In this document: piece by piece, positions 52,164 to 61,727 of the stretch
Position numbering within the stretch: the stretch's first letter is position 1
How the letters are laid out: each line of letters begins with the position of its first letter
Source: an uncultured Nitrososphaerota archaeon
GTDB lineage: Archaea > Thermoproteota > Nitrososphaeria > Nitrososphaerales > Nitrosopumilaceae
Reading direction: 5' to 3'
Length of the DNA: 64,000 nucleotides
Assembly (NCBI GenBank): GCA_963824385.1
Contig: CAWGPD010000004.1
Span: 32,001 to 96,000, forward strand
The notes under the pieces: generated by a model
Database searches by the model: none
What the model saw: only the letters and a program-made list of their open reading frames with translations
What the model was told of the DNA's origin: nothing
Made by a program: the position numbers and the translations under genes

Positions 52164-52335
52164 GCAAAAACTTATTCTAACAACCTTTCTTTTTTTATTT
52201 TTAATTAAATTCAAGATGGAATATAATTTACAATCATATGTGAAGATCCAAGTGTTTTTGCGTTCTAAAAAATTACCCTATTAGTCTAATTTGAACAAGC
52301 GTCGTCGTTTTGTTTTATTACCAAGTACTTTTTTT

Positions 52336-53316
52336 ATGAGTCAGATATACGGCATTGTATTTCTATTTGCCATATTTTTCATCACATCAACATCATATGC
52401 ATTTGCTGATAGTTCTAGCATACCATGGGAGGTAACAATAAAGACAAATCCTGGAGTAAATAGTACATCTTACTGGCCTCCAGAGATACAAGCTAGACAA
52501 AATGATACAATCCAGTGGACTAACAATGACACAACGGCACACACTATCACAAGTGGTGTACCGGATAAACCGACATATTACGGAAAAATATTTGATAGTG
52601 GTACAATCAACCCAGGGGAGACATATTCTCTAAAAATCCCATCTGGCCATGAATGGTCAGCATATTATTATTTTGATAAAATTCATCCATGGATGACTGG
52701 TAAAATTGATGTAGGGGTAGCATATCTGGAAACCTCTCCAGATTTTAACATAGAAACAGATAAAGAAGTTTACTCTGATGGTGATATTGTTAGAATTTCT
52801 GGAGTTGTAACAAATACAGATCAAATAACACCTGTCATAATCCAGATATTTGATAGCCAGCGAAATCTAGTCTTTCTAAATCAAACCAATATACTTCAAG
52901 ATCATAGTTTCTTGTACGAATTCAAGGCTACAAATTCAATCTTCAAGACTGACGGAAATTATAAAATCAAATCATATTATGGATTCCCATCCACAATAAC
53001 CGATGTTGATATTTCGTTTAATCAAACCCAGTCATCAGCATCCAATACATACTACATTCCACAATATATCAAAAATAATGCAAAATGGTGGGCAGGCGGA
53101 GAAATAACTGACAACGAGTTTATCAACGCAATTCAATTTTTGATCAAAAACGGATACATGTTAATTCACACATCAAATATGTCAAAAATCAACTCACCGA
53201 TAATTCCCATCTGGATTAAATACAATGCTGGAAATTGGACAGCAGGTAATGTTTCAGATGATGAGTTTGCATCAAGCATATCATATCTGATAAACCACGG
53301 CATCATTCAGATATAG
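52336..53316 (+). CDS. Secreted cupredoxin-like + Ig-like protein with C-terminal IPxW-type repeats
   Basis: Signal peptide; W.N.D...HTITSG..FDSG.I.PG..Y, YFDKIHPWMTG; IPQYIKNNAKWW and IPIWIKYNAGNW. Confidence 0.8.
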   Translation: MSQIYGIVFLFAIFFITSTSYAFADSSSIPWEVTIKTNPGVNSTSYWPPEIQARQNDTIQWTNNDTTAHTITSGVPDKPTYYGKIFDSGTINPGETYSLKIPSGHEWSAYYYFDKIHPWMTGKIDVGVAYLETSPDFNIETDKEVYSDGDIVRISGVVTNTDQITPVIIQIFDSQRNLVFLNQTNILQDHSFLYEFKATNSIFKTDGNYKIKSYYGFPSTITDVDISFNQTQSSASNTYYIPQYIKNNAKWWAGGEITDNEFINAIQFLIKNGYMLIHTSNMSKINSPIIPIWIKYNAGNWTAGNVSDDEFASSISYLINHGIIQI

Positions 53317-53333
53317 AATTTTTCAAATTTTTT

Positions 53334-53354
53334 GTTTGATCATACCAAACATAC
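53334..53354. promoter_or_regulatory. Island motif upstream of archaellin 4 / fla operon
   Basis: GTTTGATC-ATACC-AAACATAC, core ends 40 nt before ATG 53391. Confidence 0.65.
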
Positions 53355-53390
53355 TTGAGGATTAAGCCTAGACGTTTCATAAAACAGTCA

Positions 53391-54092
53391 ATGAAACACG
53401 AACTGAGAACTAGGAAAACACGTCGTGGAGTCATCGGCATCGAGTCCGCAATAGTTATGATAGCATTCGTAATCGTTGCTGCAGCTTTAGCCTTTGTCGT
53501 CCTCAACATGGGTTTTTCAACAACACAAAAGGCAAAGACAGCAATTTCATCCTCTGTCACAGAATCCAGCAGTGCACTTGAGATCGCAGGCAAAGTAACA
53601 GGCTTTGGCTATATCTCACAAGGTGTACTCAACGCCACAGTTATCCCTCTAAAGGTAGCAGGTGGTGGAGATGCAGTAAGTCTGGATCCTGCTCTGACAG
53701 ATGTCAAGTATTACAGCAACACCGTAAGATATGACAACATCTTTGGTGCAGGTTGCGCGTTAGGAAATCAAACAACTCCTGTACTTAATGCAACACATGC
53801 AGCAAATCTTGCAATAACAAGCGGCTGTATTACCGGTAGTACCCTTCCAAGTGAAGGAAACGGCCAGGTACCCCACATGACAAAAGGAATCATTTACTGG
53901 GATGTGAACATAAACAACAACAACATACTTGACGTAGGTGAACATGCAAACTTGTTAATCATGTACGCCAGTAGTGATAGACCAGCACAGCTAGATAATA
54001 TCAAGGCTGAGATCATCGTACCAACTGGTTCTGCATTGACTGTAGAAAGACAAGTGCCAGCAATTACCACACAAAATGTGGATTTGGGATAG
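53391..54092 (+). CDS. flaB: Archaellin type A, copy 2
   Basis: Mature protein identical to 49699-50400; different signal N-terminus MKHELRTRK. Confidence 0.95.
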   Translation: MKHELRTRKTRRGVIGIESAIVMIAFVIVAAALAFVVLNMGFSTTQKAKTAISSSVTESSSALEIAGKVTGFGYISQGVLNATVIPLKVAGGGDAVSLDPALTDVKYYSNTVRYDNIFGAGCALGNQTTPVLNATHAANLAITSGCITGSTLPSEGNGQVPHMTKGIIYWDVNINNNNILDVGEHANLLIMYASSDRPAQLDNIKAEIIVPTGSALTVERQVPAITTQNVDLG

Positions 54093-54104
54093 GGAGGATA
54101 TGAT

Positions 54105-55368
54105 TTGAAAATCATCAATTCCAACCCCCTTTTTTTATTAACAAAACTATCTAGAAACACACGAATATTTATCGCCATTAGCTCAATAGCATGTTACGGA
54201 TTATTTCTATACGAATTACTACCTGAATATCTCTTTAACATTTCATTCTCATTATACTATTTCATATTACCACTTGTAGCTATTATCGGAATACTAGTTG
54301 TTGTACCAAAAGTAATGACAAAAGATACGCCAAAACCAGTTATTCAAAATTATGAACAAATCGATTCACAGTCAGAACAAGCCCCAGAGATGACATCATT
54401 TGCAGCCCCAAAACAAGAAAGTGGTATAATTCAAGCCAATGGTAATGATGGCGGAATAATTTCAGACATTATACTTCCAACACCAGAACAAATGCCAGGA
54501 CAATTACCACAACAAGCCCAAACACCATCACAAATGTCAAATCCAACAGTTGTACATCAGCCAGTGGTAGACGAAAGTATTCTTAAAGACATGGTAACAA
54601 AAGCAGTTGATCCATTTCAAAGAGAACTAACCAGAATGCAAGATATAATAAGTGATGTAAGATCTGAAATTAATTCAACCAAATCAATCATTCAAGATTT
54701 AACTTTGACATTTGAGACATCATTAACTGATCTCAAGGCATTTCAAGCAGAGATTGCAAATCCTCTCAATTTTATGCGCAAGTATTTTGACTCAATTGAT
54801 ATCAAGAATCTTTCAGATCCTACACTTCCACTATACTCTGAACAATCACCTGTTCCACCTAGCCATAATTCAAATGTAGAAATTTCACATTCAAAGAAAG
54901 AATCAGATTCAGATGTAGAACCAAATCAGATACAGTCATCAAATGAAGAGTCCAATAAAATTACAATGCCAAAACAAGGTGAAGAAGAAAGACACGAATC
55001 AGAACTTCATGATACACTTCCTTTCAAACAATTATTCAGTGGTAGTCTCACACTAGGAAAACTCATGAATACTACAACAGTATTGGAGGAAATTCTACAG
55101 ACAGTGGACAGAGATTCAATCGATATGCTCATAGAACAATGCAAACTGATGGGTCTAAAACAAGAGGATGAGCATGTCATTTACAACATAATTAACATGA
55201 TGGACCAATCAGGGCTATCTGTTAAAGAAATACTAGTAATGCTATACAAATTTGGCAAAGTCATGGGAATATCAGACAAGGAAGCTGATCTAGTGTATGC
55301 AAAGACTCATGATGAGTCAAGGAAAAACTCCAAGTCACATTGTAACGGTGGAATCAAAAGGTAATTAG
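54105..55368 (+). CDS. Membrane-anchored archaellum accessory protein (FlaC/D/E-like); probable +1 frameshift at ~55305
   Basis: Between flaB and flaG; 2 TM, P/Q linker, coiled coil ending in ANPLNF, helical C-domain. Confidence 0.6.
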
Positions 55369-55370
55369 AC

Positions 55371-55841
55371 ATGGGAAGTGCAGTTATCACCGAAGCAATT
55401 CTTCTAATAGCATCAGTAATCATAGCGGGAGCACTTGCGGGAGTAGTTATGACAAAAGTAGGAACATTCCAGTCTACATTTACACAGACAACTGAGAATC
55501 AAAAACAAACAGTATTGACAAATATCAAAATTCTTTATGCGCAAAATCCCACTGGAACAAGTGTAACTGCGTGGGTGAAAAATGTTGGGACTTATTCGAT
55601 TACAGATACGCAAAATATCGATGTGTATTTTGGACAGACTGGATCAATGCAAAAAATACCATATAATGCAGCAGGTGGTCCAACTTGGACATTTGCTAGT
55701 CCAGTAACCAGTTGGAGTAAAGCAAATACTGTTCAAATCAACATTACAGATCTGTCTACCATATCATGTAGTAGTGTATACGAATTACAAGTAACAACAC
55801 CTAACGGAGTTAGTGATGAATACTTCGTTACTTTCTGTTAG
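55371..55841 (+). CDS. flaG: Archaellum protein FlaG (ArlG)
   Basis: MGSAVITEAILLIASVIIAG, WVKNVG, IDVYFG, VTTPNG. Confidence 0.88.
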   Translation: MGSAVITEAILLIASVIIAGALAGVVMTKVGTFQSTFTQTTENQKQTVLTNIKILYAQNPTGTSVTAWVKNVGTYSITDTQNIDVYFGQTGSMQKIPYNAAGGPTWTFASPVTSWSKANTVQINITDLSTISCSSVYELQVTTPNGVSDEYFVTFC

Positions 55842-55854
55842 TAGGTGATGTAGT

Positions 55855-56379
55855 TTGGGACTAAGTATAGCAATTTCGGGCTGCATTGTCACTTTTTCTA
55901 TTGTATATGCAATGATGTCCTTTCCTGCAATAATTGATGATACTACTAAAATAAGCACGTCTTCAGTACAAATGTCAAATACTCTAAATGCCATCATGCA
56001 TACAAATATTGAAATTTCAAATCTACAAAATGCACATAATAATGATACAGTCACATTCTCAGTGACCAATACAGGAAATACCATCTTGTGGAATTACAAG
56101 CAATTTGATGTCATAATCACATATCAGCCCAACACAGAAGCATCCCCGAAATTAACTGAAGTTCTCCATTATACTAATAGTTGTACTGCATTAGCATCAG
56201 ACTATTGGTGCATTCAAAGTATCACAAATGATCTTATTCATCCAGGATTACTTGATCCAAAAGAGATCGCAAACGTTCAGGCAAATTTACAAAATCAAAC
56301 TAATCAGACTAGTACTTTGACGCTCAATTTTGGAACAGATAACGGAGTAATGGACACAAGTTCGGTGAAGATAACATGA
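55855..56379 (+). CDS. flaF: Archaellum protein FlaF (ArlF)
   Basis: MGLSIAIS hydrophobic N-terminus, NTGN, FDVII, PGLLDP.E, TDNG. Confidence 0.85.
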   Translation: MGLSIAISGCIVTFSIVYAMMSFPAIIDDTTKISTSSVQMSNTLNAIMHTNIEISNLQNAHNNDTVTFSVTNTGNTILWNYKQFDVIITYQPNTEASPKLTEVLHYTNSCTALASDYWCIQSITNDLIHPGLLDPKEIANVQANLQNQTNQTSTLTLNFGTDNGVMDTSSVKIT

Positions 56380-57077
56380 TTAAAACAATACCAACAGGCA
56401 ATGAGGAAATAGACAGACAGCTCGCTGGAGGCATACCTACACCTTGTTTGATGATGATAGAGGGCGAACATGGTACTGGAAAGAGTGCATTAGGAGCTCA
56501 GGTAGTTCAAGGAATGCTGTCCTCGAAAATGAAAGTATTGTGCATTACAGAAAACACTGTCAAAGACTATATTGAAAAAATGAAGACAATTACATTTAAT
56601 TTTACAACGCCATTTTTACAAAATCGATTTTCAATATTGCCATTGCATGTATATGGTGCAGTATGGTCTCAAAAACAATCTTCGTTCTTGCTACCAGTAA
56701 TTGGTCGATATATTAGCAGCAATGCCAAGAATTTTGATTGTGTTATAATAGATTCAATATCTTTGTTGACAATGTATTCAGATACAGATAGTATACTAGA
56801 TTTTCTGACCAGATGCAAATATCTTGTTTCAACAGGCATGACAGTAATACTGACGATGCACAAGACATCAGTTCCAGCGGATGTATCAATGAGAATAAAG
56901 TCTGCATGCGATGTATATTTTTCACTAAGTACTGCAAGCATAGGTGGAAAAGCTGTAAAAGTTATGCAAGTTGTAAAATTGATAGGCTCAAGTGAAGCAT
57001 CAGAATCATCTTTTGCTTTTGAGATTGATACCAATTTTGGGATAAAGATTGTACCAATCTCTACAGCTAATGCATAA
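56376..57077 (+). CDS. flaH: Archaellum KaiC-like ATPase FlaH (ArlH)
   Basis: TGNEEIDRQLAGGIP, GEHGTGKS, IIDSIS, GIKIVPIS. Confidence 0.93.
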   Translation: MIKTIPTGNEEIDRQLAGGIPTPCLMMIEGEHGTGKSALGAQVVQGMLSSKMKVLCITENTVKDYIEKMKTITFNFTTPFLQNRFSILPLHVYGAVWSQKQSSFLLPVIGRYISSNAKNFDCVIIDSISLLTMYSDTDSILDFLTRCKYLVSTGMTVILTMHKTSVPADVSMRIKSACDVYFSLSTASIGGKAVKVMQVVKLIGSSEASESSFAFEIDTNFGIKIVPISTANA

Positions 57078-57116
57078 TAGGGAGAAAAATGAAAAAAACA
57101 AATCGAGGTAAATGAG

Positions 57117-58787
57117 TTGGGGTTTAATTTTTCACTAGTAACTGACAAAAAATTTTCAGAGGCACTGAAAAAGTCTGAACACTTGAAGAGTTACCTATCA
57201 AATTACATTGACAAGGGAAATCCCATACCAATATTTACTGAAAAGTTAGAAGGAGAACACAAAAAACTAAAAGATCCTAACTTGATTTATCCAATATCAG
57301 AAAACACTTACATTCACATCAATCCGCATTCTGCTTCAGCTGACGGTTATGTTGAATATGCAATAATAGAGCCAGATGAGCCCAATCGCGAACTAATGGA
57401 AAATGCCGACAAGTTATTTGCATTACATGCAGGAAACATGAATCCACCAATTGAGCTCACTGAGAGATTTAACATGATTGATCAATATCTGGACAAGACA
57501 ATTTTAACTTCAAATGCATTAATTGACTATTCCAAGATGGATATCTTCAAATCAAAGAATCTGTCAGTATATGAAAAGGATGTACCAAGTCTAAAATATC
57601 ATTTTCTGCGTAAGAGGGCAGGAATGGGCCTTCTTGATCCATTCCTTACCGACCCCAACCTAGAAGATATTTCAATAGTAGGAGCTGGTAACATGTACGT
57701 CATCCATAAGATGTTTGGCGCACTAAAATGCCCTGTTTTTTTAAGTGCCGAGGAAATCGATGATCTTATAATCAGTATGGCCGAGCAGTTTGGTAAGACT
57801 GTATCTCATGCAAAACCGGTTATAGACGCCACACTTCCAGAAGGCTCTAGAATCAACATTGTATTTGGAAAAGATGTTAGTAGAAAAGGAACAAATGCCA
57901 CAATCAGAAGATTTGCAAGCACTCCGCTCTCAATAACACAGATCATTCCAAGTAAAGCCATGGTATCAATTGAAGCGGCATACTTGTGGATGATGTTGGC
58001 AGAAGGAATGAGTGTATTCATTAATGGAGAGACTGCATCAGGAAAGACCACCACAATGATGGCACTTACGGCTTTTATTCCATCCAACTGGAAAATTGTC
58101 AGCATTGAGGATACACCTGAGCCTACACTGCCACACAACAACTGGATTAGTGAGGTTACAAGAGATACTGGAAACCCAAGTTCAAGTGTAACAATGTTTG
58201 ATCTCTTAAAGGCTGCATTAAGACAAAGACCTAACTATATTTTCGTAGGAGAAATCAGAGGTGCCGAAGCCAACATTGCATTTGGAGCCATGCAGACAGG
58301 TCACCCCGTAATTAGTACATTCCACGCTGGAAACATGACTGCGTTAATTCAAAGAATTACCAACCCCCCAATGAACATACCAAAAACAAACGTAGAGAAT
58401 TTGAATTTAGCAATGTTTCAAGCAGCAGTAACAGGTCCAGATGGTAAGAGAGTTAGAAGAGTATTATCAATTAACGAAGTCATCGGATACAATCCGGAAG
58501 GAAACAATGTAATGTTCATTCCAGTTTTTAATTGGGATCCTGGTACGGATACAGTCAAGTTTAGAGGAAAGGGAAGTAGCGCATTATTTATTTCAAAACT
58601 TTTAGAAAAAAGAGGAATGTCAAGAAAAGATGAAGGTTTGCTTTATGAAGAACTTGCACTGAGAACCAAAATTTTGGACAAGATGGTTGAAAAAAAGATT
58701 TTCAATTTTTATGATGTATATGATTCCATATCTAGGTGCAGAGAAATCGGTCTTGAGCAATTCTTAAAGGAGCTTAATGCACTTTGA
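57117..58787 (+). CDS. flaI: Archaellum motor ATPase FlaI (ArlI)
   Basis: DPNLEDIS, GETASGKTT, IEDTPE, ALRQRPNYIFVGEIRGAE, QTGH..TFHA. Confidence 0.95.
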   Translation: MGFNFSLVTDKKFSEALKKSEHLKSYLSNYIDKGNPIPIFTEKLEGEHKKLKDPNLIYPISENTYIHINPHSASADGYVEYAIIEPDEPNRELMENADKLFALHAGNMNPPIELTERFNMIDQYLDKTILTSNALIDYSKMDIFKSKNLSVYEKDVPSLKYHFLRKRAGMGLLDPFLTDPNLEDISIVGAGNMYVIHKMFGALKCPVFLSAEEIDDLIISMAEQFGKTVSHAKPVIDATLPEGSRINIVFGKDVSRKGTNATIRRFASTPLSITQIIPSKAMVSIEAAYLWMMLAEGMSVFINGETASGKTTTMMALTAFIPSNWKIVSIEDTPEPTLPHNNWISEVTRDTGNPSSSVTMFDLLKAALRQRPNYIFVGEIRGAEANIAFGAMQTGHPVISTFHAGNMTALIQRITNPPMNIPKTNVENLNLAMFQAAVTGPDGKRVRRVLSINEVIGYNPEGNNVMFIPVFNWDPGTDTVKFRGKGSSALFISKLLEKRGMSRKDEGLLYEELALRTKILDKMVEKKIFNFYDVYDSISRCREIGLEQFLKELNAL

Positions 58788-60275
58788 TGGAAAAATTAGC
58801 CATTAAGGAAAAACTTGCAAGTATGCGCAAATCAGATGAGGATTTGCTATATTTTGTAGCGTTTCTATACGCATTGGCAACAGGAGAGGTCGGCTCAGTG
58901 GATTTGATTAAAAGTGGAGTAACTTCAGGATATGGTAGGTATTCAGATTCATTTAGAGAGGTGTACCGACTTGGAGTAGGATGGGGATATGGTTTGGCAA
59001 GATCATGTGAAATGATTGCCTCAAAGATGAAAGACAACTCTGATCCTCTAAAACAGACTACTAGTAAAATTGTCTCAGGTGATAAGATTGGGAGATGAGC
59101 TACGTGTATTTTTCACAGACGAGATGGCATCTGCAATTCATGTGTATTCAATACGCTATGAACGCAGTTTAGAGACTCAGAAACTTTTCCTTGAAATGTT
59201 TTATACAATTTCATCAACTGCGTCTTTTATGATTGCCTCAAACTCCATCATGGCAATGCTCATGGGAAGTTCCAATTCAGAATCAGTTTTCACCATGTCC
59301 TTTGTGGGAGTAATAGTAAGTATGGGAGCCTTCATAGTCATCATGTACGTATTATTTCCAAAAGATAAATTATCAACTGGAAAATATACGGGTTCACAAA
59401 AGTTCAAGATGACTTTTTTTGTAACTCTTGGTGCAGGTATTGCTATTGGGATAGCTCTTACTCTTACCAATCTAGTACCTCTTCCTCTCGTAGTAGTAAT
59501 TGCAGTTATTCCATTGTTTGTACCAGGATTCATTGCTCGAAAATTAGAAGCAGAATTGAGAAGTTATGATGAATGGTATCCTCCGTTTATCAGACATTTT
59601 GGTGAGATATACACAATGGTAGGTTCCATGGGACAGGCACTTGATGCAGTGCTTAGAAGTAATTTTGGTCCACTCCAAAAACATATTGTAGCATTTAAGA
59701 ACCGCATAAAAAATAGAATAAATTCAGAAACATCTTTTGAGATATTTTCAATGGAATCAGGAACTGCCATAATTGAATCAGGAAACACCATCATGTCACG
59801 AGCTCTTCTCAAAGGAGCAAACATGAATGAGGTAGGCAACAAAGTATCAGAAATTTCTTCCAAACTAAATGAATTGAGGTCAAAGAGAGTACAGACATCA
59901 AAAACTTTTGAGACCATAGTCATTGTACTCCATGGTCTTACCATGGCAATTTTTGGCTTGATGGCTACACTTATTGAAGTATTTCACAAATTGTTAGCAA
60001 CAGTACCCGTTTCAACTAATGCAGGATTCACACTAAGTCCAATTGATCCTAACTTTGTACACATGATGATGCCTCTAGTTGTGATTGCCACATCCACCAT
60101 AAACGCATTGGCAGTAAAGGTTGGTCAGGGAGGCCTCTTCAAGACAGTGTTATTTAATATTGCAATGTTGACTGTCATTGGAGGAATTACAATGTATGGA
60201 ACTACTGCAGCATTAAGCCAATTTCTTACAAGCCACATATTGGATAGTTATGCTCCAACTGCTCCAGGTCATTAG
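58784..60275 (+). CDS. flaJ: Archaellum membrane platform FlaJ (ArlJ); +1 frameshift at ~59057
   Basis: ORFs 58784-59098 and 59070-60275 join into a polytopic protein after flaI. Confidence 0.87.
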
Positions 60276-60351
60276 ATCAATCAAGTAAATAATAGTTTAA
60301 TTTGAATAAAGTAAAAAACAAATGATTAAAATAATTTATAAAATTATAGTG

Positions 60352-60768
60352 TCAGTTAGTTGAAATATTTTGTATTTTCCTAGCCAACAGTTCATTAACT
60401 GTATGTACTACTTTTTGCATGTCAAACGGCTTGTATATTATTGCATCTGCACCCAAGTCTTCTAATTTTTTTATGGTCTCAGAACGGACATCTCCTGTAA
60501 TCATGACCATGATAGCACGTGGATTTACTTTTTTGATTTGCTCTAGGGCATAAAATCCATCATAATTTGGCATCATGACATCTGAGAAAATAACATCTGG
60601 AACCAACTCTTGGTAAACTTTTTCAGCTTGTTTTCCATCAAAAGCCGTTCCTACCACAGTAACATTACAAATCTCTAAAAATTCAACAAATAGATTTACA
60701 GTATCTTCGTCATCATCAACTACAATTGCGCTACACCTATTTTTTTCGACTCTACCTACATCCATCAT
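60352..60768 (-). CDS. Stand-alone response regulator receiver
   Basis: VVDDD, SDVMMPNYDG, ITG, YKPF. Confidence 0.9.
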   Translation of the reverse strand: MMDVGRVEKNRCSAIVVDDDEDTVNLFVEFLEICNVTVVGTAFDGKQAEKVYQELVPDVIFSDVMMPNYDGFYALEQIKKVNPRAIMVMITGDVRSETIKKLEDLGADAIIYKPFDMQKVVHTVNELLARKIQNISTN

Positions 60769-60956
60769 ACAAATAGCGTAAATCGGAATGCTCTAATATT
60801 ATCCAGTGTGTCAAGATTAGACAAACAGTATATGTTCAGAATCATTTTTAAAAATCATCACAATCCCTTCAAAAGCACCCATTAATTCTCGAGTTCCTAG
60901 TACGGGAATATTAGAACTATTGAACTACTATCTGGCATGTCATACAGAAAAATTAC

Positions 60957-61628
60957 ATGCAAGGGGATTTTAACAAATTATCTACAAGTAATGGCATGTT
61001 AGGATTTGATTCCCTCATAGGGAGATCCATAGTGGTCATAATAAAGAAAAATTTGGCTCAAAATACGCTCGAAAAAATTGAAAATAGAGTATTTGAGAAA
61101 TTTGGTACAAATTTAACTCAAGTATCCAACGATTTCCCGAAACTGGATTTGATCCTAAGAGAGTTCTTTGGAGATGGAGCAAATATGATGGAAAGACAGT
61201 TACTGCAACATATAATATCAGTACAACAAAACAAGATTGAAAAAAAAGAAGGGATAACCATTGAAGATCAGTACATCAACAGAATAATACTAGAAGCAAT
61301 AGGAGATGATGACAAAAAAAATATTTTGAATGCGGTTCTTGACAAACCAAGAGTAATTTCAGAGATCCTAGAGATTTGCAAAATACCACAGACGTCAGGT
61401 TACAGAAAAGTCAACAACTTGATCCAAAATGGATTACTAATAATTAATGGACATGAATCAACAACAGATGGACGAACCATAAACAAGTATCAACCAGTAT
61501 TTGAGAATATTCAAATCCATGTGGAAAGAAATAAAGTTACAGTACAAGTGCAACTAAGAAAAGAATATCTTGAGAACAGCAGTATCTTTACTATGCACTT
61601 CCAAAACCTCATGACACATATTCCTTAA
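60957..61628 (+). CDS. Winged-HTH (ArsR-like C-terminal) transcriptional regulator
   Basis: GDDDKKNILN...P.VISEIL....IPQTSGYRKVNNL..NGLL. Confidence 0.75.
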   Translation: MQGDFNKLSTSNGMLGFDSLIGRSIVVIIKKNLAQNTLEKIENRVFEKFGTNLTQVSNDFPKLDLILREFFGDGANMMERQLLQHIISVQQNKIEKKEGITIEDQYINRIILEAIGDDDKKNILNAVLDKPRVISEILEICKIPQTSGYRKVNNLIQNGLLIINGHESTTDGRTINKYQPVFENIQIHVERNKVTVQVQLRKEYLENSSIFTMHFQNLMTHIP

Positions 61629-61727
61629 TTAACAAGTTTTCCACACAGCAGTGCAAATAAGGAGTTTACATATGTAACACCCTATTACACACAGACATCT
61701 AAAGAGTGCCAACTGTATTACAGTAAC

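Larger units (their letters stand above)
50405..52210. repeat. 881-bp tandem duplication of archaellin B with its promoter, bounded by a 44-bp T-rich segment present three times
   Basis: 50405-51329 matches 51286-52210 by eye. Confidence 0.9.

Noticed and set aside
49699..54092. Diversity-generating retroelement or invertase-driven cassette switching
   Set aside because: No reverse transcriptase or recombinase seen, differences are not adenine-specific, and all copies are direct with their own promoters.
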